A stretch of 64,000 bases of DNA, taken from the NCBI GenBank assembly GCA_964016885.1, contig OZ024742.1, positions 344,658,001 to 344,722,000 of the forward strand, in the 5' to 3' direction. The translations under genes and the position numbers were made by a program. Position 1 is the first letter of the stretch, and each line of letters begins with the position of its first letter. The notes under the pieces were generated by a model. It made no database searches, was not told the origin of the DNA, and worked only from the letters and a program-made list of their open reading frames with translations. This DNA is from Eledone cirrhosa. Lineage: Eukaryota. This document shows positions 1-11,453 of this stretch, piece by piece.

Positions 1-395
1 GCTGGGAAATGCCTTACCAAAAACATAGTCTACGACTGTAAGGTCTCCACTCCTGATAGAACCTTTGGGTATGTTGGCGCAACTGCCACGGAATTTAAGG
101 ATAGATGGTATAATCACCGCTATACCTTTAATAGATTAGATAAAAAAAATAGCACGGCACTTTCGGAATTAGTCTGGAAGCTTAAACATCAGAATATAGA
201 GCACTCCTTATCCTAGTCCATAGTTTGCTCAGCCCAACCTTATAACGGCAGCACTGGCGTCTGTAATTTATGTATAGCTGAAACTTTTAATATTATTAGA
301 GGCGGCCCCCTATTAATTAATATAGAGAGCAGATTTTTTCAGCAACTGTCAACATAGAACCTCGAAAACCTTCCGCGGGATTTTTGGAAGGTAAC
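1..395 (+). pseudogene. PLE GIY-YIG endonuclease C-terminus, disrupted
   Basis: Frame 1 reads AGKCLTKNIVYDCKV...GYVGATATEFKDRWYNH...STALSELVWKLK...CNLCIAE. There is an in-frame TAG at 214-216 and a frameshift before FFSNCQH. It is homologous to the other PLE ORFs in the window. Confidence 0.88.
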
Positions 396-1743
396 CTACC
401 AATAACTCCTCCCTCTCTACTTTAGCCATAGAGTTCTCTCAATAAACGGACAGTCACACACTTAGGTAGTTAGACGGCTAAGATTGTTTGCGCACTTGCA
501 AACGATACTCGGCCTGTTTCCACTGAGTTCTCACAGCTGAGTGCTCTCTTTTAGAATACCTAGCTAGTAAATAGTTAGATTGATTACACACTTAGTTAGG
601 ACCGATTACGCTCTCTATACATAGCTCTACACACAGTACCCGTTTCCTTTAGACATTGAGCTCCCACAATTACGACTGTCACGTTCCTACCGACTGAACA
701 CTACACCAGGTTTTGATGCGTGATCATCTAACCATGGAAGACTCACTGTTACGGATTGAACAATAATACTGACACACCATTAATGGGCCTACACACATCC
801 TTTGGAGTTTACTGTCCTGTGTTTTCTTACTTCACCTTCTGTGTTGGATAACACACCTCCACCACTCAAACAACTATCTTAAAAGCTCATTGGCCCATAT
901 GACATATAAAATCACACTTGCGGACGCATTTACCCAATACCCAACCCTACACGGAGCCCTTTGCCGGCCTACATTGCAGTTGCTTGCACGCACGGATTGG
1001 TGACACGGATTCTCAACGGGACAGCGGTACACAAGGAGTTCGACATAAGCTGATGGCTTGCTCTTCACATGGATGTGTATATACCCGGACATACCCTTTT
1101 TGGGACGATTCGGATGTGTATATACCATAACATACACTTGAAGATATGGATGTTACAATTCGATCTATACACGTATAGCAGAACACTGAAGTGAACTTAC
1201 TTGCGCGCGCGCGTGTGTATGTCTGTGTTGTGGGTGTTAACCTAATATTTCCAATTTACATCGTCAAATTGAGATTTTACCGACATAGCTTCTGTTGCTT
1301 TGTGAACTAACTTTCGGTGAGTGCTGTGTTGTTACATTCTTATATTTGTTTTCTTATATTTGTTTTTTCTCGGACATCGCTTCGGTGTGTGTGAAAGTGT
1401 GTGTGTACCCACCCACGCTAATTCTACGGGTTTGATACTGTTTTGATGTGTGTATATATATGTATATATTTTTCTTTGACCTCCAGCCGATGTATGTAGG
1501 TGTGGAGTGTGTGTGTACCCACTCACTTTTAACTGTGACTGACTGTATCCCTACAGATTTGATTGATGTCCAGCCCCTTTTGCAGCGATAGAAATCTGAA
1601 AACCTTTATGACCTCAACTAACGCTAATAGCAGTCGTCGTGTCTCTGACTGACTGGTGTGTCTCCAGATGAGGGAATGAATTCTGTTAGAGAACATGGTT
1701 ATTTTTTTCTCCCTCATATCAAGAATTTGAAGACAATTCATTT

Positions 1744-1817
1744 TCACCTGATGAGATCAGTGATAATCGATCATGGCTTCACAATCGATCTATCTCTTAT
1801 TGAAACATGTGTCGTGA
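1744..1817 (+). ncRNA. Type I hammerhead ribozyme with long stem II
   Basis: tcac-CTGATGA-[47-nt imperfect hairpin]-GAAA-catgtg-TC-gtga; GUC cleavage triplet. Confidence 0.8.
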
Positions 1818-1989
1818 TTAAATGATTGGAATTTTACCTTGCCTTCGGATTTTCATTTTGATACTTATACTCCGTTTTACATCATCTAGCTGTTCCCTCG
1901 AATGGAATTGGAGATATACAAAAGCGTGGAGAACTTAATATTGCTAACATAAAATTATTGGACCATTTTACACAACCAATAATGCACCT

Positions 1990-2045
<56 letters not shown>

Positions 2046-2047
2046 TT

Positions 2048-2166
2048 ATTAAAATAACAGATTAAAGTTTAAGCAAAGAATCGCTGCTTTCACCCTTAAC
2101 GGGATCTTCTGAAACTAACAATCCCTCTTTGGATTTTAGTCTTCAAATTTATTATTATTACTATTA

Positions 2167-2230
<64 letters not shown>

Positions 2231-2489
2231 TAACAGATTAAAGTTTAAGCAAAGAATTGTCTTCCTGTTTTCCTTCGGTTGCAACATTTTTCGAAATATT
2301 TACTTCTGCGTCCACAGATTGATTTTTTTTAGTTTCAGAAGATCCCGTTAAGAGTGAAAGCACCGATTCTTTGCTTAAACTTTAATCTGTTAGTTTAATA
2401 AATATTTGCTCTATCGTTTTTATATATTTGATATATATATTATCCTTATCGAGCCCTCTTCGGATTTTAGTCTTCACATTCATTATTAT

Positions 2490-2493
<4 letters not shown>
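2048..2493. mobile_element. Short (TA)n-embedded pLTR-like repeats, family B (further copies at 3110-3190, 7665-7783, 17826-18026)
   Basis: Shared sequence gcttaaactttaatctgttattttaataaatatttgctctat...cttatcgagccctctttggattttagtcttca in both orientations, flanked by (TA)n. Confidence 0.75.
2066..2116 (-). ncRNA. Hammerhead-like ribozyme with variant core CAGAAGA (family B)
   Basis: Minus strand reads agttt-CAGAAGA-tcccgttaagggt-GAAA-gca-gcgattctt-tgc-TT-aaact. Related copies lie at 2331-2381, 3116-3166 and 17862-17911 (+). Confidence 0.65.
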
Positions 2494-2566
<73 letters not shown>

Positions 2567-2571
<5 letters not shown>

Positions 2572-3036
2572 AAAAAAGATGAAATTGAAAATGCAACTGG
2601 AGTCCTTTTAAAAATATTTATTTGGTTCCTTTACCGGTTTCGCAGTTCTTGTGCTTTTCAAAAGTAGATTTGAGATGGATTGTTTGTGGTTTTTCTCGCA
2701 TCTGGTTGGTTGATGACTATCATGTGAAATATATTATACTTATTCACATGACTGTCATCAACCAACCAAATTACTTTTCTAAAAACCTAGCATTTCGAGC
2801 CTCTTTTTTCCATATATAACAGAAGTAACATTCGAACACCAACGAGATGCGAGAAAAACCACAAACCCTCCATCTCAATTCTACTTGTGAAAAGCACAAG
2901 AACTGAGAAAGCAGTAAAGGAACCAAATAAATATGTTTAAAAAGACTCCAGTTGCATTTTCGATTTCATCTTTTTTTCCTTATACTTTCGCTCGTGTAGG
3001 ACATCTCGTTTTATTTCATTTTGTAAAAAAAAAGTC

Positions 3037-3045
<9 letters not shown>
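2567..3045. mobile_element. Inverted (palindromic) pLTR remnant, family C, in (TA)n
   Basis: 2567-~2710 is the reverse complement of ~2838-2982, with a hairpin centred near 2730. It is homologous to 3498-4303. Confidence 0.75.
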
Positions 3046-3089
<44 letters not shown>

Positions 3090-3201
3090 TATATAGTAAT
3101 ATATATTTCAGTAATAGTTTCAGAAGATCCCGTTAAGGGTGAAAGCAGCGATTCTTTTCTTAAACTTTAATCTGTTATTTTAATAAATATATATATGTAT
3201 A

Positions 3202-3286
<85 letters not shown>

Positions 3287-3292
<6 letters not shown>

Positions 3293-3467
3293 GGAGCTTC
3301 TACAGGACTACTACTGTTTCATTCAGATGAAATCTTCCTGAAGATTTCATCTGAATGAAACAGTACTAGTCCTGTAGAAGCTCCTTCTATAAAATAAAAA
3401 ATTTTACTCTGCCATGTATTGAGTACCTTACTTACTGTGATTATCCCCGACTCAACCCGGGACCTAC

Positions 3468-3468
<1 letters not shown>
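3287..3468 (+). mobile_element. Short palindromic pLTR remnant, family D, in (TA)n
   Basis: Arms 3287-3337 and 3340-3390 are inverted, followed by a unique 3' tail. Homologues lie at 7128-7288 and from 20785. Confidence 0.75.
3334..3380 (+). ncRNA. Type I hammerhead ribozyme (family D)
   Basis: cttc-CTGAAGA-tttcatctgaat-GAAA-cag-tactagtc-ctg-TA-gaag. Confidence 0.8.
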
Positions 3469-3501
<33 letters not shown>

Positions 3502-3570
3502 AAAAAGGGATGAAATCGAAAATGCAACTGAAGTCTTATTTTTTTAAAAAATATATATATTTATTTGGTT

Positions 3571-3608
3571 CCTTTACCGGTTTCGCAGTTCTTCTGCTTT
3601 TCAAAAGG
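3571..3608 (-). ncRNA. Minimal hammerhead, U3-A8 variant (inverted copy)
   Basis: Exact reverse complement of 4130-4167; another copy at 2628-2665 (-). Confidence 0.75.
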
Positions 3609-4129
3609 TGAGTTGAGATGGAGGGTCTGTGGTTTTTCTCACATCTGGTTGGTCTCTAAATGTTACTTGTTTTATATGGAAAAAGTGGCTCGAAAGCCAG
3701 GTTTTTCGAGAAGTAATTTGATTGGTTTGTCAATAATTATAATAAATTTTGCGCCAGTTCGCGTTACAATAGTTCTTCAAATAAGAGAGGGGGGGTTTTC
3801 ACAGGTTGTTTTTTCATATATGAGTGTTTGAATTTCTTTTTACTTGAAAAAATGAGGCTCACGAAGCCTTCGTGAGCCTCATTTTTTCAAGTAAAAAGAA
3901 ATTCAAACACTCATATGAAAAAACAACCTGTGACAACCCCCCCCCCCCCTCTCTTATTTGAAGAACTATTGTAACGCGAACTGGCGCGAAATTTATTATA
4001 ATTATTGACAAACCAATCAAATTACTTCTCGAAAAACCTGGCTTTCGAGCCACTTTTTCCATATAAAACAAGTAACATTTAGAGACCAACCAGATGTGAG
4101 AAAAACCACAGACCCTCCATCTCAACTCA

Positions 4130-4167
4130 CCTTTTGAAAAGCAGAAGAACTGCGAAACCGGTAAAGG
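4130..4167 (+). ncRNA. Minimal type I hammerhead ribozyme, U3-A8 variant core (family C)
   Basis: cctt-TTGAAAA-gcag-aagaa-ctgc-GAAA-ccgg-TA-aagg; all three stems pair and the triplet is GUA. Confidence 0.78.
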
Positions 4168-4298
4168 AACCAAATAAATATATATATTTAAAAAAAAAAT
4201 AAGACTTCAGTTGCATTTTCGATTTCATCCCTTTTTCTTTATACTTCCACTCATGTAGGACACCTCGGTTATTTTTCATTTTGTAACAAAAACCTCAC

Positions 4299-4350
<52 letters not shown>

Positions 4351-4761
4351 TCTCTCTGTCTCTCTCTTTATATATTACATATACATATATATGTATAATG
4401 TATGCACACATTGTTCGCCTAGCAAGCTTTACTGATAAGCAACTGTTCAAGAGGAAGTTATACAGGAAAGAAAGTGTTACCGAAGTCTCTTTATCAGGAA
4501 GAAGATTGCACTCATGCTTACAAATCAAACTGATTTTCAATCAAACATTCATGAGGTGGAGATATGGGGATATTTCCATGTTTGCACCTCATAAACTGTA
4601 TCATTATTTCTTATCGAACATTCTGCAATATTGCCAAGAAGTAATATTTTAATATTATACATCTGTAATATATATACGTACATACATATATACATATACA
4701 TATTCTTATATATATATACGTATACTTATCTCGCTTTCTCACTCACCCTCTCTCTGCCTCG

Positions 4762-4839
<78 letters not shown>

Positions 4840-4851
4840 ATATATATATAT

Positions 4852-4909
<58 letters not shown>

Positions 4910-5009
4910 TATACATATATATATACATTTACATATATATATAATATAATATATATATATATGCATATATATATAAATATAATATATACATATATACATA
5001 ATATATATA

Positions 5010-5076
<67 letters not shown>

Positions 5077-5078
5077 AA

Positions 5079-5111
<33 letters not shown>

Positions 5112-5329
5112 AAGTTCTTACCACGGATAGATAAGGATGTTTTGCCTACGAAAGTAGGAATCAATTTTATCTCTCTACTCATTAATTACACATACTTTTG
5201 GTATACGTAATAATTAGCAAGTTGTTCATATTACATTAACTAGACAATTATCTTGTACATATAATCTCCCCTATCTGTTTCAGGCTTTCTCTCTCCATGT
5301 ATGTATGTAAATACACACACACAAACAAA

Positions 5330-5409
<80 letters not shown>

Positions 5410-5742
5410 TACATATAAACACATATATACGGGCAGATGTATATATATATATAAATACACATACATTTATATACATATATGCACATACCTATATATGTAT
5501 ACACACATATACGTATGTACGTACATATTTGTAGTAGTAGCATTAAGAGATCGTGATTTAAATTGGAGGTGTATGTATAAAAAAGCATATACTAGAATTT
5601 TGTATTATAGTTATGTATATATATATAATACAAAAGAGGAAGAATGAAGTGTACATTCTACTGACATGGCTATAAAATTGACGCTTGTTTGCATAATTGC
5701 AAACGAATCAAATGTTATTATTAATACTCGAAAAACTCAGAT

Positions 5743-5836
<94 letters not shown>

Positions 5837-6249
5837 TATATATACGAGGTAGTGCTGAAAAGTTTCTGGCTTTAAGGGTAACGAGGAAGTCTATATCTGT
5901 TACGTTTACAGGGAAAGTAGAACTGCTGCAATAAATGTGTGATCCTCCTGTATCTTCTTTTATCTAAGGTTTCAGCAAACCCTCGCCCGTGTATGTATAT
6001 ATATATGTATATATATATATATATTTGTATTTATAGAGAGAAAAGGTGAAATTGGAAAAACCACGGAAAATATATTTAAGAATCTGTTTTTTTCTGATAT
6101 ATATATATATATAAATTATGTTTAATAATAATGAAATTATTGTGTACAGTGCTCAGGTGCACTAAACTTATCAAAGGTGCATGTATAGTACATAGAATAA
6201 TGTACAAATATCACGAAAAGGAACAGTGTACGAGTCATGAAATACATGT

Positions 6250-7120
6250 GTGCGTGTGTATAGAGAGAGGGAACATTAGGCGTAGTGTTGGCGGATCTCA
6301 GGAAGCATGGAGGTTTTAAAGGATGCAGTGTCTCGACAGCTAACAACTGATGCAAGTATTTTGTTCTATTCTTCAGCAACTCTGAGTGTGAAAGACTGTT
6401 TCTGAAAGTCATGAGAGCTGTGATGTTTTCTGACTTTGTTGGCATGTCCACGTGTGTTAGACACATGGAAATTAAAAAGGTGCTCAGGGTTGTTGTTGGC
6501 AAGATGGTTAATAATTTTGTGGGTGTTTACCAAGTCAGTTGACAGACGTTGGAGCTTCAATGTATCCAGGTCCAATGAAGCAAGACGTTCAGAGTATGGT
6601 AGATGCCTGATGGAGGGTATTCGCTTGGTTGCACGTCTCTGAACAGTTTCCAGGAGGTCAATGTTCTGAACAAGATGGGGGTTCCAAACTGGTGATGCAA
6701 ATTCTAAGTGTGGCCGCACCATAGCGATATACAACTTTAAATAGATAGTTGGAGAGTGGCTAACAAAGGTCTTGCTGAAGGATGCTAAGGCACCCTCGGC
6801 CTTCTTGTCAATTTTAGAGACGTGCTTCGTCCAACGCAAATCGCTACTGACAGTAATGCCCAGGTCACGTTCACAAGGAGACATCTTGATATTAATGTTT
6901 TGGAGGGAGTATGTGGACGGTGGGTTTTTACTCCCAAAATGCATGGTGGTACACTTGTCCACAGCCAACTTGAGTTGCCAGTCCGTGATCCATTGTTGCA
7001 TTGTGTCCAGGTCTGATTGATGTCATCTGCATATTTCAGTACTGTGGCATTCTTTAAGTTGGCATCTATGTCATTAATATATGCCACAAACAAAGGGGGG
7101 GGGGCCAAGAATCCACCCAT
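6250..7120 (-). mobile_element. 5'-truncated CR1/L2-like non-LTR retrotransposon RT fragment
   Basis: Translations PLFVAYINDI...LKYADD and WQLKLAVDKC...ERDLGI...YIAMVRPHLEFASPVWNPH...LETVQRRATK...NTRGH; contains a deletion/frameshift and stops. Confidence 0.88.
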
Positions 7121-7158
7121 GAGACTATTTTGAGTTTCTAACTCAATACAAGCTTTTG

Positions 7159-7232
<74 letters not shown>

Positions 7233-7283
7233 GGCTTCTACGGGACGAGAACTGTTCCATTCGGGAGAAATCATCAGGAAGCC
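7233..7283 (-). ncRNA. Degenerate hammerhead (family D)
   Basis: ggcttc-CTGATGA-tttctcccgaat-GGAA-cag...ccg-TA-gaagcc; stem I covaries with the agcttc/gaagct copy at 20793. Confidence 0.55.
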
Positions 7284-7336
<53 letters not shown>

Positions 7337-7779
7337 GCACAAAATCACATACAATACACAGACAGACACACACATATACATTCACACATTCATTCACACA
7401 GACATACTCGCATATATATACATATACATATATGTATATATATATATATATATATAATAATATATGTAAGTATGTATGTATACGTACATACATATATGTA
7501 TACAGACGTAAAATAACATGCATATATATATATATATACATAGATACAGGTACACATATATGTATGTACGTATACATACATACTTACATTTATGTAAGTG
7601 CCGTACTAAGAGTGAGAAATGAAATTTCGTTTTCATTTTATTACAACTTATAATAATATATATATTTATTTAATCTGTTATTTAATAAATATTTGCTCTA
7701 CGGTTCTTATATATTTGATATATATTTATCCTTATCGAGCCCTCTTTGGATTTTAGTCTTCAATTTTATTATTATTACT

Positions 7780-7834
<55 letters not shown>

Positions 7835-7886
7835 TACATATACATATATATATACATATATATGTACATATATATATATATATACA

Positions 7887-8021
<135 letters not shown>

Positions 8022-8486
8022 TCATATATAATCATATTTCTATGAATAATTATTTATTGGTAAGGTTATTTGTTGTCCAGTGGGATAGACTATTTTTCTA
8101 CTATGATTAAATCGTAAGATCAGCCCTAGATAACAGATTTATTTTATGTTATATTTTAAATATACAATTCTAGTGTGACTACAACGCAGCTTACCTAAAA
8201 TTATTGATCGAGTTCTTGACTCCAAAGGCATTTAACTCTTGATGGAGTCGTAGCCGGCATTGTATGGATTTACTGTGATTTTTGGCCATTTAAAGTTGGC
8301 GGCAACCATCATACTCCATAACTAAACTGGGTTGTTTCTTCAAGAGAAAGAGGGTGAGTGTGAATGAGAGGAAGTGAGTTTGAGGCTTAGAGGATGAATC
8401 GATTCTCATACAGGATTGCAGAGTAAATTTCATGTATAATGTAATAGGTTATTTTCGACTAATATGTGTATAGTGTGTTTGTGTGC

Positions 8487-8505
8487 AGAGAGAGAAAGAG
8501 AGAGA

Positions 8506-8585
<80 letters not shown>
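8487..8585 (+). repeat. (GA)n microsatellite
   Basis: Directly visible. Confidence 0.95.
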
Positions 8586-8587
<2 letters not shown>

Positions 8588-8721
8588 GAAAATAAGATAG
8601 ATAGATAGATATAGACATATATACATGTGTGTGTGTGTGCGGATTTGTGTCTAGTTACCAGTTTTTAAGTATGTAAAAATAATGTTTCTCATTAATTTTT
8701 AAATGGGACTAAGAAGATGGT

Positions 8722-8758
<37 letters not shown>

Positions 8759-9086
8759 ATCATATATGAATGATCAATGAAACATTATTTTACTTCCTTG
8801 CCCGAGGGACATTTCCTCCTTTTATATTTTTTATTGACAAATGGTATTAAATATTTCTACAACCCTCTGGTTTTTATATTTCGTTAGATGCTTTATCCCG
8901 TTACTGATTAACGTTAAAAATGTTGGACAAATTAGAAATCTGAAATGTGTACGTCCCTACGCAAATTATCATGATAATAGTTGATCTGTACTTTATCCGA
9001 TTTACTCAGTTATAATTTATAGTGATACACTATTATTATGGTCATTAGCGTTTGGGACGCATATTTAAATATAAGTATATATACAT

Positions 9087-9922
9087 GAAAAAGAACACAA
9101 GAGCGTCTACAACATCAAAAGAATTTTATTGGCTAACAATGTTTCTTCCTTACGTGTAACCGTAGGATTCATCAGAGCTATAAAAGGGGTTTGATTGGTG
9201 TTATGGACTCTACCAACCAAACACCCAAGAACAAAGAGTAAAGAGAGTAAAGAGCAAAAGTAGGGGACGATAAGTCTAATTTTGGTGCGGGAGGGTGGGG
9301 TGTTGGTCCTTGTTTACTAGCTGCGGTCATATTCATTCCCGGGAGTCGGGTGGTTAGCTGAACCATAGATGGGGTGGCGTCGATAGTATGGTGCAGAGGG
9401 TGCGCAGAGGCTACACAAACACAAAGGGCGTAGAATACATATATACATATAGCGGAGGAGAAGGTACATGAGGTAATCAGAAATGGAAAAGGAGTAATAA
9501 TAATAATCTATAATTAATAGTGTACAATAAGGCATGGGAAAGATTACACTATAATAAGGTATAAAGGTAAGAATAAGGTAAAATATAAAGGAGGATAAAA
9601 GTGGAAATAATAATAAAGATAAAAAATATATATAGAGAATATATAAGGAAATATAAGCGAATATTTGGAGGGGAAAACACAATGTAAAAAAAACGATTTT
9701 TTTCAAACAATAATAAAAATATAATAATTATGGGGGGAGAAAACAGGATAGAGAAATATGATCAAGTGTGATTCGTTGAGAGAATATAAGATGATAATAG
9801 TTATGTCCAGTTTATACATCTTAATAATAAATAATAAACAATATGTGTATCAGAGTTGCAGAACCTTCAATTCACTTACGGGTTCAAGCCACGTGGCATG
9901 GTCCATTGTTTATCTGTGCGGT
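9087..9922 (-). repeat. 3' pseudo-LTR
   Basis: Near-identical to 14167-15002 (offset 5080). Confidence 0.92.
9132..9178 (-). ncRNA. Minimal type I hammerhead in pLTR
   Basis: gct-CTGATGA-atcctacg-gttaca-cgtaaggaa-GAAA-cattg-TT-agc, followed by AATAAA. Confidence 0.8.
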
Positions 9923-11453
9923 CATGTGCGTTTGTTTTTGACACCACAGCAGATGCACAAGTTTGTAAATTCCAATGCAGATAGAAATCAATTTTTGCTC
10001 ACCCGGACATTGACTGAGGATCCAATATTCCTAGTTCAATATGTGTTTGGTGTTATTTTGGTCGCACAAATCAATCAATTGGTTCAATATATGGAGTATG
10101 GTTTTCTGGTATTCGTAACAGTGTCAGTGGTTGTATATTTGGAAGTCACAAGGATCACAGTACTCCGGTTTGGTGTGATTATCGGTCATCCAGCTATGTT
10201 GTTGGTGGTTGGATTCAAATCTATTCGCCCAAACGTTGAACTTTGGTGTCGATAGGACATTAACGAAGCAGGGTGAGATCGCATCTGTGGTACAAAACGG
10301 TACGCAAGGAAATTCTTCGTCTTCGTTTCATCTGGGTCCAGTAGTCACGTGGAAGAACCGCTACGTAGTAATTGTGGGGTTAATCGGTCAAGTCAGCAAC
10401 TGACCGAAAATTTAGGCAGGCATGACAGCTTTTTTATGTGTGTACGTGTGTCCGACACACACAGACACATATCTATATGTATTTCAACTCAAAAAACTCA
10501 AATGATTCACCTAGTGGTACTACAATCGGTCAAGACAGTAACTGGCCGACAGTTCCCTTAGGAATTCAGACAGGCATGACAGGTATATTTAGGTCAAGAG
10601 CCTCCTTATGTGTTCGTGTGTTCGATACACACAGACACATATCCACATGTATTTCAACTCAAAAAATTCAGTTGATTCCCCCATTGATATCATATCTGTG
10701 CTGTTTGGATATGCATGCTGTGGTGTTCTGGTCGTGCATATCATTCACTGTATTTTGCCACTACATTGGAATGTGATGTTATGGTCATCAATAGTCCGGC
10801 AAGCGCATTTCGCTCTTATATTGCGGAGAATGGTGTTCTGGTCCTCAGTAAACATCCAGGTCAGCAGGAGGGGTGGTGGTTCTCAGTTTCAAATTCGACA
10901 ATACATATGTGTTACTCTGCATATCGTGCTCCTCTCAGAGAAGAGTATTATAGGAGGAATTCATGCCACACAGTACACATAGAGAGAATTTCTACAGAAG
11001 AGTATACATACATATACACATACATACACACATTATACACTTACACATACACACTCATACGCATACATACATATATTCACATACATGTCACACATACACA
11101 TACACACAATATAATACGCATGCATACAATATACATATACACACACCCACATGTATATACATATATATACACATACATATATATACATATACACACAATA
11201 TACATACATACAATGCATGCACACATGCGTGCATGCATGCACACACGCACGCACACCCACACATATGTCTGCGTGTGCGTGCGTGTGAGAGATAAAAGGA
11301 GAATACACACACACACACACACACACACGCAAGAGCACCAACCTTGTAGGGGACTGCACCACCCTTATGGTACCTATCTATCTAGGTTACGGGTTGGGGG
11401 GAAAAGGGGGGGGGACTATAGTCTAGGTGGGGGTTGCGTGATATATGTTACGT

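Larger units (their letters stand above)
1..1990 (+). mobile_element. 3' part of a Penelope-like retroelement (GIY-YIG end, 3' UTR/pLTR), ending in (TA)n
   Basis: GIY-YIG coding remnant at 1-~395, a long UTR, a hammerhead at 1744-1817, then (TA)n from ~1993. Confidence 0.8.
3498..4303. mobile_element. Large palindromic pLTR insertion, family C (arms of ~370 bp)
   Basis: 3498-3866 is a near-perfect reverse complement of ~3869-4240, centred on ggctcacgaagccttcgtgagcc. It is flanked by (TA)n. Confidence 0.85.

Noticed and set aside
5842-5890. Possible mariner TIR (tacgaggtagtgctgaaaagt)
   Set aside because: No partner TIR or transposase nearby; too short to support
9317-9706. 129-aa hydrophobic ORF duplicated at 14397-14786
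   Set aside because: T-rich pLTR strand with a non-ATG start; the duplication reflects the pLTR
9905-10262. Minus-strand frame with several in-frame TGA codons, possibly a selenoprotein as in Naiad PLEs
   Set aside because: No recognisable domain and no SECIS seen; these PLEs have a C-terminal endonuclease, unlike Naiads
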